Assembly: GCA_951406725.2 (NCBI GenBank)
Contig: OX597814.1
Coordinates: 150,474,001-150,538,000, forward strand
Source of the DNA: Octopus vulgaris
Lineage: Eukaryota
DNA: 64,000 nt
Reading direction: 5' to 3'
Under the pieces are notes generated by a model. It searched no databases. It was not told where the DNA came from and saw only the letters and a program-made list of their open reading frames with translations. Positions within the stretch are counted from its first letter, which is position 1. Every line of letters starts with the position of its first letter. Below are positions 37,850 to 51,357 of this stretch, piece by piece. The translations under genes were made by a program, and so were the position numbers.

Positions 37850-39920
37850 TTCTTGAGGGCAAATATAGTTGCTTGACGGTTATCTCGTACGGAAGACATC
37901 TCGCAGTTTCCAGGGGACTAAATGAATACCAGAGAAAGATATCCCCGGTTTAATGATTTTCCTTTGGAGATCAAAGCAAATTGAACAATTATACTACAGG
38001 GCGAAAAGCTAATTATAGTGCAGGCGTGAAAAGTTAATTTTTAAGGTAGAATACACATTGATTATGATCAATTGAAGGCATCAATAAGCTCCAAATATAG
38101 GTTGCTTTTACAGTAGCTAACATTTGACACTGAACTCTGTTTAAGGAAAATATGGTATGAAATCAAGTGTGTGGGACCTGCCCATAGGTTCGGACACATC
38201 TGAGTTATTTTCCACTCGAAGATCATAAGCGAGAAGCTTGTACCACAAAGTTAACTGAGGCGGGGAGTGACCTGAGGGAAAATGTCAATAATACCACCAG
38301 AATTAGCCTTCTGGAAGAGGTGGAATGTGGGGTTTCGGAAGACTCTTACACATTACTAAAAATGAAAGATCCTGAAAAGTGAGTTGGATTGTGATAGGGT
38401 TGAAAATAATGATTCAGGTGAAACCTGAGACACTGCACAATTTCCCCGACTTCGCAGAGATCTCAGGAAGGCAACAACAGCAGGTGGTAGTGAAAGACAG
38501 AAGGTCTCGATGCCATAATTGTGGAAACACTAATCAGTTCAATAATTTCTGCCCCCGACAACAACACAAAATAACAGCCAATAGAAAGTCTATATTGCTG
38601 TCAACACCACATTTCATCACTAACTACCACAACATAAACAATAGCAGCAACTGCAACCAGTGCAATCACAGCAACGATGATTGAAACTCCTGATAAATAA
38701 TTGAAGGCAGAACCGAGACAAACAACAACAATAATACCAAGAGGGGAAAAAACCGCGAAAAAATAGAAAAGAAAGGAAATTGTATCATCAGTAGTTACCA
38801 CACAACAACAGTAATTGAGAACTCCGAAACCACAGCAACAATATAATTAGTAATGACCCTCGGGACATGTTCCTTCTTGTCTCACATCAGTCATATATTT
38901 TGTGTGAAGGTGACGGTGAATAGCCTAAATGACATAAATTGTCCAATGCAAAAGAAAAGTAAAGCAAAAACACACCAACACAAAATCTGATAGATACAAC
39001 AGGTGGGAGATATGCTTATATATACGAGCAGTATACACACGAGTACGCCATTATCCTCTCCACTGCTACCACTGTCACATACACCGTCATTATAGCATAA
39101 ACGCAACTTACTTCATACACAACAGCCAGATCCCGCACGCCAGCATGAAAAAAAGAATAATCACACAATTCTAACTAAGCATATGTCATGTAGAATATCC
39201 AAAGTTGGGGAAAATGTAAGCAAATCATTATATAAAAATGTAGAAACACCCACAGCCAGCTGGAGGTGGGGATTAAGGAAAGGTACTCTTTTTCATGTTT
39301 ATCCGTCTAATAAATGGCTTTTCTTAGAATAAACAGTATAAATGTGTGGAGCCTGTGGATCACCATGGAAGTGAGGTCACCAGCTCGACAAAGTCAGTTC
39401 ACGAGCCATGTTTGATCACGCCTATTTTTCAGAGGATAAGATGTGTACACATATCTAAGTCGACCTGCATTAGGAAAGTGGAATTGCTGTCTTGACTTAG
39501 ATGGTCTGGATTTCACGATGTCGATTATGTTCTTTAACCAGAAGGTAATTGGTGATTATGGATGTGAAAAGTAGCGAAGAGGGTGCCTTTAGACTAGTAG
39601 CCATTTAGGTTCTGACAGGAGCAGAACAGTCGGATTTCTGCATATGTTAGGAAGTTTTCCTTGGAACATCCCGTTGTTTAATGCGAGTGGACGACTTGAA
39701 CACCTTTTTAGATGCACATTTGGATTGTTTGGATTTGCTGATAGAAGAATGCGGCTCAGCAAATGTTGTCAGACGTCTCCAACTGTCTGACAGGTACCGA
39801 CTGATTTCTCGAATGTGCTACTGTGTACATAGACACATTGTATCAGCTCTGCCAGACCGTATCTAGACAGAGTATTCTGCAGGAGTAGCTAAATTAGGCG
39901 AGGTTATTTGTAATCGCATT
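37850..39920 (+). mobile_element. Highly decayed L1/Tx1-like LINE remnant
   Basis: It has a knuckle-like RCHNCGNTNQFNNFCP (ORF1) and APE-like VDDLNTFLDAHLD and RPYLDRVFC. Boundaries are uncertain. Confidence 0.5.
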
Positions 39921-42900
39921 TTAACCGACGTGCTAGTAAAAGTCGGTGGGCTTCCAACTTGGTACCTGGAGAGACAAATCCATGCCGTCCAACAGCGTCG
40001 ATAGATTAAGTACCAGTTGATTACTGGGTCGATGTAATCGACTTGCCCCTTACCCCAAAATTTCAGGCATTATGCTTATAGTAGAAAGGATTATTATTAC
40101 TATTATTATTGCTATCATCATCATCATCATCATTGGTTGTTGCAGCAGTAGTGGTGGTGGTGGTGGTGTTGGTAGTAGTAGTAGTAGTAGTAGTAGTATG
40201 GATTTCAATGTTTTAAAATAGTTTACTTTTAACGACTTATACACGGAAACTATAAAGTATTTGCTTTTGCCATAAATATTCCTTGATACAAGAAAAACAG
40301 AAAGGAAAATTAGATAAGTTTATTATAATCGAGTTCTCCCTAAGAGTATCAACATAAAATCGCTATGAATTGAGAATACAATTTTTTTTCTTTTCTAGTT
40401 CGTTCTCTATTATCCTTAATGCTAAATGTAACAACAATAACGAAAAAGAAACAAATATATTTATTATTCGTGACGTAAAAGGATGCAAAGGACAATTAAT
40501 TAATTTTTTTCCATTTTTTTTTGTAAGCTTAATAACAGAGAATATACAGAAAACAAATGATAACCAAATGCACAAAGAAATAAAACCGCCATATTTATTT
40601 TAAAGCTTTATTCAATCTAAAGATTTTCCCGAAATCATGGAAGAGGTCTACTCAGCATTTTCTTAGATGAAGTCTTCTTTGTTTCTTTTATAGACAATCT
40701 TGCCTTGAATATGATAAAAATCTAAATCAATATGTCTGAGATGAATTGCGTATCATTGTTTTTTATCTGTTGTATATGTAATTTTTTTTTATTCTTCGTT
40801 GTGGGTGTATTTTTCATATAAGAGGAAATGATATTTTCTTTAGATAATATTGTCTTAATGTTTATTCATTTAAAGAACAATTGGTACTTGTGGGTATTTA
40901 TTTTATAGTTTTTTGTGATTATGTAAGATTTTGTAGTAGAGCGTAAAAAATATATAACTAAATATTCGTTTCGATCTATAATAAAATAAAGAAAAAAATT
41001 ATAACCCAGAAAATATTTATATTCACAAAAAATGTTTTGTGTTTTGGTAGTAAATGATTCATTTTAATGGAATGGTGCGAGGAAACAGTTATTTTAATTC
41101 ATGGGTGTAACCAACTTAAACGAACATATTATACACAGTGTGCTCAATTCAATACTAGCGTGCAACATAGACATGAATGTAATTTTATCCAGTGTGGCTA
41201 TATTAGCAATAAATAATCATTTGATATAGAAGTACAATACGTCAGCTGCAGTGAGTTTGTGTGACATTTATTGTTTTCGTTTTTGTGACATAGATTTGGC
41301 AGAATAAGAGTGGTGTCAACAAAATAGCAGGCAATTTCGGAATGGTTCACAATAAGATTATATCAGCATCACAGCGATCCAAATCTAATATTTAGATATC
41401 TATTACTAAATGCGATACAAAAAGAGATTGATTAAATTTTGTTCGGTAAAAGACAGTCTCGGTAGATAGCAAGATTAAAGTCCATTCTTCTAAAATACAT
41501 CATAGCACAGATGACGTCATACAATACCTGTTGTATGCTCAGATCAGTGATTAAATGCATTTAAGTCGGGAACATCTAGTGCATTTTTACCAGAAATAAA
41601 TGTACATGTAAAACTATACATTGCAATGTATTTGTTAAAATTTTAACGAGAAGGTTGTGATTGAGGGAGTTATATTTGCTATTTCTTGAAGACAGAGCGA
41701 TTGCGTTGAAAATATCTTATTAACTGGCAAAGGTGGTTTTTTAGAACCTTTGACTGATTAATAAACTAATTAATTTATTGTTTTCTTTTCCTGTAATGTC
41801 AACTTCCATCTAAAGAAAGAGAGGCTGGTCATTTGGTATTATGACTTAACGCTTCTCTGAAGCATTACATTTATGAGCTAATACCTTGAATTCTCTCAAT
41901 ATAAATCAGGTTTAATATTACCACACTGCACTTCTTCGAACAATTCAAGGTCATATAGACACTCATCATTAAGAACAGTCGACTCCAAACCATCGGTCTT
42001 TCTCTTGTATTAACCAGTACGAACGGCTTTCAGAAATTCGGACCTGCTGGCAACCTATTTTTCTATCAGACACACTAGTAGAGCATCGCTTCCCGAAAAC
42101 TTGATTAAAACACTGTCAACCATCAAAGTTTGCGGCCGTGCCTCGCAAGCAAATTTCCAGCTAAAACAGCTCTTTTATTGGTTATACTACCTTCTCTTCT
42201 GAATTGATGGTTTCTTATGCGATTGCACCTTCCAGCTCATGCTGAAGTTCTAACTGAGCTACAGTCTTTCAAGTCTGGTGATTATCAAAGTTCTAGTTCA
42301 CCCTTAAACTGTCTTCTATGTACAAGCGACCTTTTTGCCTTAGAACGTCTACTAAATGAGAAGCCCTTTTATTCCATCTAAGAGGAGCTCTTAAATGTTC
42401 CTTATTAATTAGTTTCTTCAGCTTCCCTATTAATATTGACTTAATGTGCGTTAATAATGATCTTGCTTCAAAATAGATTAACTTGTTATCTTATTTGAGA
42501 ACACAGTTCTCTTTGAAACTTCATAATGACCCAAATTCTCCTACAGCTTCAGTGTCATCAATTAATGCTGAGCTATTAAGATCTTTAACAAGCAAATGCT
42601 AATTATTTTCATTCAGAACCAATGAGACATATAACTCTGATGTTCCTGTCAGATTCAATTTATGGGTCAAAAAGCTTTGATATTTCTATAAGTAATCCAT
42701 CAAACTCACCTAGATTGAAATTCTGAAATTCTACGCCTTATTTTGATTCATTCAATGCAGAAGTTTTAAATATTACAGTTATCTGACTGTGAGTGTCAAA
42801 ACAAATCTTAAAGTTAAGATTCTCGAGTTTAAATTGATTAACCATGTATTCTTAAGCAAATTTTGTAAATATTTTCAAAATGAGCATTTGCTAACTTTTC

Positions 42901-44356
42901 AATTCTTCCGCATCTTCAGCATCTTTGTATATTTACATTCCATCTGAAAGAGATTTACTTTTTTAAGCACATTTTTCAATAGCGGGACATTTGGATGGTG
43001 CAAACGTCTATAACCCAACCAGTTTAGAACTATATGCACAAATGTTTCTATCTATATCTAACAGGTTGATATAATAACCACGATCATAGTTGCCACCTAT
43101 TTATTCAATAATCGGAAATTTAGAATATTTTCCAGATACTGAATGGTAGCATTAAGCTTAGAAACAAATGACTGATGATAATCTAATGATTTTATGAAAT
43201 GCTCAGGTGTATTTGTCTTTGTGCCCCATCATCGCTTGACAACCGGTGTTGGTTTGGTTATGTCCGCGTGACCTTGCAGTTCGGCAAAGCAGGCCGATAG
43301 AATAAATACCAAGCTTTACAAAGTTAGTACTGTAATGTGTGTGTGTGTGTGGGGGGGGTTGTCAATTCGTTCCACTAAAATCCTTCAAGCCGGTGCCCCA
43401 GCATTATCGCAATCAAATGACTCAAACAAGTGAAAGATGAAAGATGTAAGATACATAGAAATAATTATATGAGTAGACAGACTGTTACATAGATAAGTAG
43501 GGAGAGAAAGGTGAGTGCGTGTGCCTGTCTGTGTATGTGTGAGAGAGAGAGAGAGAGAGAGAGGGAGGGAGGGAGGGAGAGTGATAGACCTTTATATACG
43601 AGGGCAATTATTCATTGAGTCCTTAAGAATTTTCCGACTGCACCTACTGTCAACAGTCATCGATGTCATGATACTTGAAAAGTTTTTTCTAAAACCAGCG
43701 AACCATAAACATAAAACATCTAGAACAACATAACCGACCAATTCTCCAGAAATGTGCTTATACTAAACGGGAAAACTAACAAACAAATAACTGAATGCCA
43801 GTTTCATCTAAGGAATAAACCATGAATGATTTTCACCCGAAGACAGAAACCTATGAGTCGAAGAAAATATGATTTGACACAGAAGTGTTTTGGAGATTGA
43901 ATTCGAGAATAAAGAATAATTAATTAGTTATCCTGTTTTAAAGCCGAACACGAATGCTGGCTTTCTTTTACGTTTCTTCTTGTTTTTTTTTCTTTAATGA
44001 AAATGATTAGTCAGCTAAACATGCACATGCACACGTAAAATCAGCTGCTCATACTAACACACAGATTCATACACACAAATAAACACACACATATGCACAC
44101 GCACTCAATGATACACATATATATGTATGTGCGGATATGTTTGTGTGTGTTTATATATGCACATACGTATGTATGTCTGTATATGTATATATATATATAT
44201 ATATATGTAATCATGCATGCATATATATACTATCCACTTATACATACATGAATATTTATATAGATATATACATACCCATACATATGCATCTGTGTATACA
44301 CATAAACACATGTGTATATGTACATGTGTATATATATGTATATATATATATGTATA

Positions 44357-44427
<71 letters not shown>

Positions 44428-45115
44428 TGGATCCTTTGTCATATATATACACTATACACACAAATACATACATAAGACTCCTATAGGAGGAAAAAGAAAC
44501 ACCTGTAGGTTATTCGGATTTTCAGAGCACTTCAATAAAATAGAATAGGAAAATATGTTACAAAGAAAAGCTGTTAAGAAATAAAGAAAACGAAACACTT
44601 TGCTGTATAAAACAGAAATAGTTTAGTGTTGGAATATCAAGCCACTGGAAATAGCTCTTTATTATTTGAAAAGAAACTGTAAAATTTCAATGGAGAGAAA
44701 TCAAAATCAATAAAAAAAATCTACAAAGGAGTATTATATCATTTTTTCCAACAGTAATTAAGAATATATTCTACTTAAATTCTCCTTTAAACTTATTTGA
44801 GTTTTCTCAAAAATTATATAATTTTTACAATAATAATTTTTTTAATATTTTGTGTTCAACAAAGAAATCAATTTAAATAGAACATTCAAATTATTTGTCG
44901 ATTTTCAAATTTATCATGGCTATTATGTTTCAGTTTGTTGTGATTTAATTGCTTTATTAATATTTTAACTGTTTTCAGATTCATAAAAATTAAAATAACC
45001 TGAAGGCTTATTGAGAAAGAGAAGGAATATATTCCGAAGTTTATTATGAATAACAGCTACCGCCTTAAGATGCATAAAACTCTCTCTTGATCTCGCTCTT
45101 TCCTCTCTCTACCTC

Positions 45116-45119
<4 letters not shown>

Positions 45120-45150
<31 letters not shown>

Positions 45151-45221
45151 TGTATGTATGTATGTATGTATGTATGTATGTATGTATGTATGTATGTATG
45201 CATGTGTGCGTGTGTGTGTAT

Positions 45222-45254
<33 letters not shown>

Positions 45255-45325
45255 GCAAGTATATATTACATAATTTATGTATATACGTATATATACATGA
45301 TAGATAGAGAGAGAGAGATAGATAG

Positions 45326-45423
<98 letters not shown>

Positions 45424-45424
45424 T

Positions 45425-45495
<71 letters not shown>
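45120..45495. repeat. (TATG)n and (GATA)n microsatellites
   Basis: Seen directly in the sequence. Confidence 0.97.
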
Positions 45496-45944
45496 GACAA
45501 TTGTAATCGGAATCGAGGTAGCAGTTGATTGTAGGAAAATATATATATGCTAGTGTAATTGAATACCTTTTTTACCCACGCGACATGTCAGAAGCAATTT
45601 ATACTTAGGTATTATATATTTTTGGAACATTCAATACACTTATGGATCGCCATCTGTGCGTCATACAAAATGTATATATAGCGTTAAAAACGCGGGATGC
45701 TGTGGGATGGCCCGTGATAAAATCTTTTCGTAGATTTAATGTGTTCAGAAAATAATATCTATCTTCGTGAAACGAACATCAACGTTGCAGTGACTCGCGA
45801 GAATGAAAAACGCCCTTCGTTTTCACTTGAATCTTGCCAATGCCGTATAACAGTTTGTTACCAGCTTGAACGAAATTCGTGTTTCGATATACATGTAAGA
45901 AGGAACAGAAGTCAGAGTCGGTACGTGATCTGCGGGTTCACATG

Positions 45945-46370
45945 ATGGCAATGCTGTGCAGGTGAGTGGCTGGTTGGATTCTGCGGTCATTCAGAACCAG
46001 TAAAGCCCTACTACTCCTGTGGAAGACTTTCGTTTTCAACTGCTTGGACTACTGCTCCCAATTATGGTCCCCAGAGAGTGTGAAACAAACTATGGAACTC
46101 GGAGCAATCCAGCGCCAATACACAAAGAAGATTGACTCGATGCAAAAAATCGGCATCTGGAAGAGGTTAAAAGATCCGAGTCTCTATTCCTTGGAGAGAA
46201 GACGAGAGAGATATGCGGTGATATATATCTTGGAGGGTTCGTCGCCCAATTTTGGAATTGACAGCCATACCAATCCTCAAACTGCATCATACCAAAGATC
46301 CCGTCTTCCCCATCTAAAATAAGGACACAGTACTGTAATAGTCTGGGTTTCAAGGGCCCACAATTGTTCA
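45945..46370 (+). mobile_element. 3' fragment of a CR1-group LINE ORF2
   Basis: AGWILRSF...LDYCSQLWSP...LYSLERRRERY is homologous to the C-terminus of 31198-34215. Confidence 0.85.
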
Positions 46371-46616
46371 GACTTGATAGAAATAAGGATATTGGAGTAT
46401 TATGCATGAAGATACTCTTATATCAAGCTTCATGCGATATTTTTTACTTATATTCTTTAAGATGGATTTCCTCAGTATGTACACCTATATGCATGATATG
46501 CGTTATTATACCAGCTATTGACTGCATCATAATATATCATAATAATAAGTATTCTAGTTTGTTTACAAATATTAGATATAAATATTTCGATATATATATA
46601 TATATATATGAATATA

Positions 46617-46674
<58 letters not shown>

Positions 46675-47269
46675 GGTATACATATATATGTGTGTGTGTG
46701 TGTGTGTGTGTATCTGTGTCCTTATATATATCTATATATCTATATGTATATATATATATATATCTTATATATGTATATATAGATAGATATACAAACGTAT
46801 ATATATATATATACATATTTATATGCATATATCTATACATTTATACGTGTATGTGTGCGTAAGTGTGTGTATGTGTCTGTGTATGCATATGTTATGTGTA
46901 TATATGAATTACATATGAATGTGTGTGCGTATGCGTGCGTTTGTTAGTGTGTGCCTGTGTACTTCCAATGATCACTCAATCTCTCACAGGTACTATACAT
47001 CATCATTACTTACAAATATACGCGAACACATACACACACCCTCAAACAATACAAGTATTTACTTAAACGCATCTGCACACTCAAACATATGCATACATTG
47101 TGAGTATTGTGTATCTGTACACGTTTCATTTCATACATGTCATAAACAAGTGTAACGTTGACCTTTTCTTAGTAAAAATTAAATTGAAATTAGTATTACA
47201 TATTTTACTCTAAATGTTACGTTGTTCATGAAATCTACGCACAGAATGAACTTTATGTATTCAAATATG

Positions 47270-48551
47270 TTGGGTTGTCCTGAAAGTTCGTGGCGATTTT
47301 TAAAGGAAAGAAAAAGGTCAATAAATACTTGCCATTACATTTTTAATCAACCAAATATGAACCATTTTGTTGCACAATGCGTCCCCGTCTTTCCTTTAAC
47401 TTGAAAATACCCTCTTCCCAGAATTCAGGCGGCTTCATGGCAAAGAATTCATCAAGGTATCTTTTTACGTCATCTAAGGAATTGAAATTTTTACGATTAA
47501 GACTATTCTGCAGAGACCTGAATAAGTGGAAATTCGAAAGAGCAATATCTGGTGAATATGGAGGGTGGGGTAACACATCCCAGCCGAGCTGCAGCATTTT
47601 TTTGTCTGGTTCCCAAAGAAACGTGCGGTCTTGCATTATCATGTTGGAAAACAACACCCTTCCTGTTGGTCAAATCTGGACGTTTCTCTTGAATTGCTGC
47701 TTTTAACTCGTCCAGCTGTGTGTAGTATTTCTCAGGATTAATTGTCTGGTTACTTGGGAGAAGCTCATAGTACCGAATTCCTTTCTAATCCCAACAGACA
47801 CAAAGCAAGATTTTTAGGGTGAAGATCCGCTCTTGGGGTGGCTAAGGGTGGCTCATGACGCTTACTCTAGGATCACTTTCTCTGAATATTTCGGTAGATA
47901 ATCCATTTCTCATCACCTGTCACAATTTGCTTTAAAAAAGGCGCGTTTTCATTCCGTTTCTAAAGCGAATCACAGATGGAAATGCGATCCAAAAGGTTCT
48001 TCTCACTCAACTCATGTGGTACACAAACATCGTAGCGATTTCTCTACCCAAGCTTTACCAGGTGCTCATGAACGACGGATTTTTATAGGTTGAGGCTTTC
48101 TGCCAATTCTCGGTTTGTGCAATGTGGGTTATTCTCAATTAATGACTTGATTTGGTCATCATCTGTAGTGGATGGTCTGCCTGATTGCTCTTTATCAATA
48201 AGGCTACAATCTCCAGCTCTGAACCTTGCGAACCACTTCAGTACAATTATTTCGGATAAAGAAACATCACCGTAAACTGTTCATATTTCTTTGGCTGCTT
48301 GTGAAGCATTTTCCCTTTACGGAAAAAGAAAAGCATCAAGTGCCGAAAATGAACTTTCTTATCTTCAATTTTAAAGGGTTACAGAATTAACACAGGTTAT
48401 AGGAACATAAACCTTCTTCAACGAAAAGATAGCTTAAACTGTGCTCTAAATGGAGGTGTAGTCAGATCCTATTTTATGCACTCAACCATATTCTAAAATA
48501 AGTCGAAAGGTAAGTTACTATAAATCGGCACGAACTTTCCGGACAACCCAA
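47270..48551 (-). mobile_element. Full-length (~1.28 kb) defective mariner
   Basis: The TIRs are ttgggttgtcctgaaagttcgtggcgattt / aaatcggcacgaactttccggacaacccaa, with TA on the right and TG on the left. The transposase reads HPPYSPDIALSNFHLFRSLQ and has frameshifts. Confidence 0.93.
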
Positions 48552-49316
48552 TACTTTCAGTGCCTTCAACGGTGGTTCTAGTTTGCGTACTGCCAGTAAG
48601 TAATGCTAGAATGTACTACAGACTATAGCTATAGGTTTCTGTTAACGCTGTAATAGGTTAGCGAGAAAGTCCGTCTGTTTTTGTTTTTTTTTTAAAGTGA
48701 AAATAAAGCATGTTTTTATCACGAAGTGATTTATTCATTTAATGATATATTTACCGTTTTTATCCAATGTCTTTCGCCATCGTGTTAGCAGATGCATTTT
48801 CCCTCTCAAAGAATTTCATTTCTTTTCTAGTATTTCTGCATTATGACTAAACTTTTTTCGAGTGTGTCCATCTTTGATTGAAAGCAGTCGAACTGATTTG
48901 GGTTGATGGTGGTGCTGTTATATCTCACTTGTCTAGTGCCTTCACAGAGGTTTCCTTTCATTGGCTTGAAAGCAATTTTGTTACTGTTATGTATTCCCAG
49001 AATAATCATAGTGAAATAAAACTAGTGACAGCTTTTCAATCCTGATAGTCCTGTTATTTGTAAAGCAAAGTATAATGTTCAATATAGCTTTAATTGAAGA
49101 CATTTCTTCAAGTATATTTGCCGATTTTTTAGAATATCGGTTGCTAGTTTTTAGGAGGCTGAGCGACTATGTTTTAGCGACTATATTTAATAAACTTATC
49201 TGCACATGAAATATTCTCTCTATTCCTTTTACTCCATTTGTTTTCATTTCTTCTCATACCTCTTTTACTCAATGTTAATTTCAGATTCATATTTTCGGAG
49301 TAGATAGCTGAACTGA

Positions 49317-49400
49317 AAGTCTAGTTTGTTGATCGGCTGCCTTCACACTACACACCCGTGTGGGTGTAGTGTGAAGGCAGCCGATCAACAAACTAGACTT
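49317..49400. repeat. Perfect 37-bp inverted repeat with a 10-nt loop
   Basis: aagtctagtttgttgatcggctgccttcacactacac is followed by acccgtgtgg and then its exact reverse complement. Confidence 0.95.
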
Positions 49401-49896
49401 GTGGGTGTGTGTGTGGAAAGATGGTTGGTCGGATATACGTGAATGTGTATATATTTGTGTGTATATGTGAGAGAGAGTAAAACTGTATTGACAGTATAAA
49501 TATATAATTATATTATTAAAGTTGTCTTATGCTCGCTATGAGAACATGAAGTCCCTCTCTAAGCCACTTTCAGAAATGATGTTTAAACAGATTTACGATA
49601 ATGCATTAAAAAATTTAAAAACGAATATAATTGTTTGCTATCTTTCTTTGTATATTAAAAGCAATCTTGTTCGTGATAATTCATAAATTTTTCAAGAGTT
49701 TTATTAAGGCTTATGTTACATTATATAGATTTTTATTCTATCTCAATTGTGTATTAAAAAACTGCAAATAATATATAAGCATTTTTCCGAATTGATTGAA
49801 AGTACTATAAAATATAAACTTTGTTCTCAAATCATATTGAATACGTCAGCGAAAACGTATAGCTTTTCTTTACTGAATGCTTTAATCTCAATACTA

Positions 49897-50085
<189 letters not shown>

Positions 50086-50825
50086 TGGAGCACAAAACGT
50101 CTAACATAAAGAATCTCATATCTTTCAAAATAACACCTGTTTTCTTTTTCCAAATGTTCAATAATCTGAAACACAGCTATAAACATTTTCTCTTTATTTC
50201 TGCTTTTTCACTGATATATTTTTCACTGTTGGTGTTGTTTTTTCTGAATACTGACAACAGACAATATTACGAATATTTTAATTCAAATATCAGATTTCTT
50301 ATACACGCAGAATAGCAATGGTTGCTAGTTTCGCTAGATCACTAGATTACACACTTCTAGTTTGATTTTTCAGTCAATAATATAAATGAACCTATCCGCA
50401 TATTTGATATCTCCGAAGAAATTAATCTAGCTGAACTTGACATAGCCTTTATCTCTCCCAACTATTTCATAAAAATTGCATTTCAGCTCACTCAATCATT
50501 TCTAAAAATTGTCAATATGGTTATTCTTTTTATTTTTTTTCTTCTAAACAAAGGCTGGTGCCTGCTACAAAATACAAGAGACGTATGTTATAAGTTAGTC
50601 ATTTACGTAAGCAGGAAGCGAATTTTGTCTTTTAACTCTCTCCAAAATTTACAGTTGTTACTCTTATCAGTCGAGCCACCGCGATATATGTGTAATACCG
50701 AAATAGGCAGACATAAATACATATTATATATGTGTGCGTATCTGTGTGTGTATATACACGTGTATTATAGATGTGTGCGTATCTGTGTGTGTATATACAC
50801 GTGTACACACAATCATAAACACACT

Positions 50826-50898
<73 letters not shown>

Positions 50899-50987
50899 GT
50901 ACATACTTATATATGTATATATATATAAATTATTTATATATGTATGCTATATATTATATATTATATATATAAATTATTTATTACATA

Positions 50988-51149
50988 GGCACAGGAGTGG
51001 CTGTGTGGTAAATAGCTTGCTTACCAACCACATGGTTCCGGGTTCATTTCCACTGCGTGGCATATTGGGCAAGTGTCTTCTACTGTAGCCTTGGGCCAAC
51101 CAAAGCCTTGTGAGTGGATTTGGTAGACGGAAACTGAAAAAAACCCGAC

Positions 51150-51192
<43 letters not shown>

Positions 51193-51357
51193 TATGTGTG
51201 TATGTGCGTGTGTGTGTGTATATATTTGTGTGTCTGTGTTTGCCCCTTCTCCAACATCGCTTGACAACCGATGCTGGGTGTGTTTACGTCCCCGTAACTT
51301 AGCGGTTCGGCAAAAGAGACCGATAGAAGAAGTACTAGGCTTACAAAGAATATGTCC
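50988..51357 (+). mobile_element. tRNA-derived SINE (second family) with an internal TA/TG tract, cut at its 3' end by the LTR element
   Basis: It has A-box-like gtggctgtgtggta and B-box-like ggttcatttcc. Its tail is related to the fragment at about 43215-43445. Confidence 0.82.
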
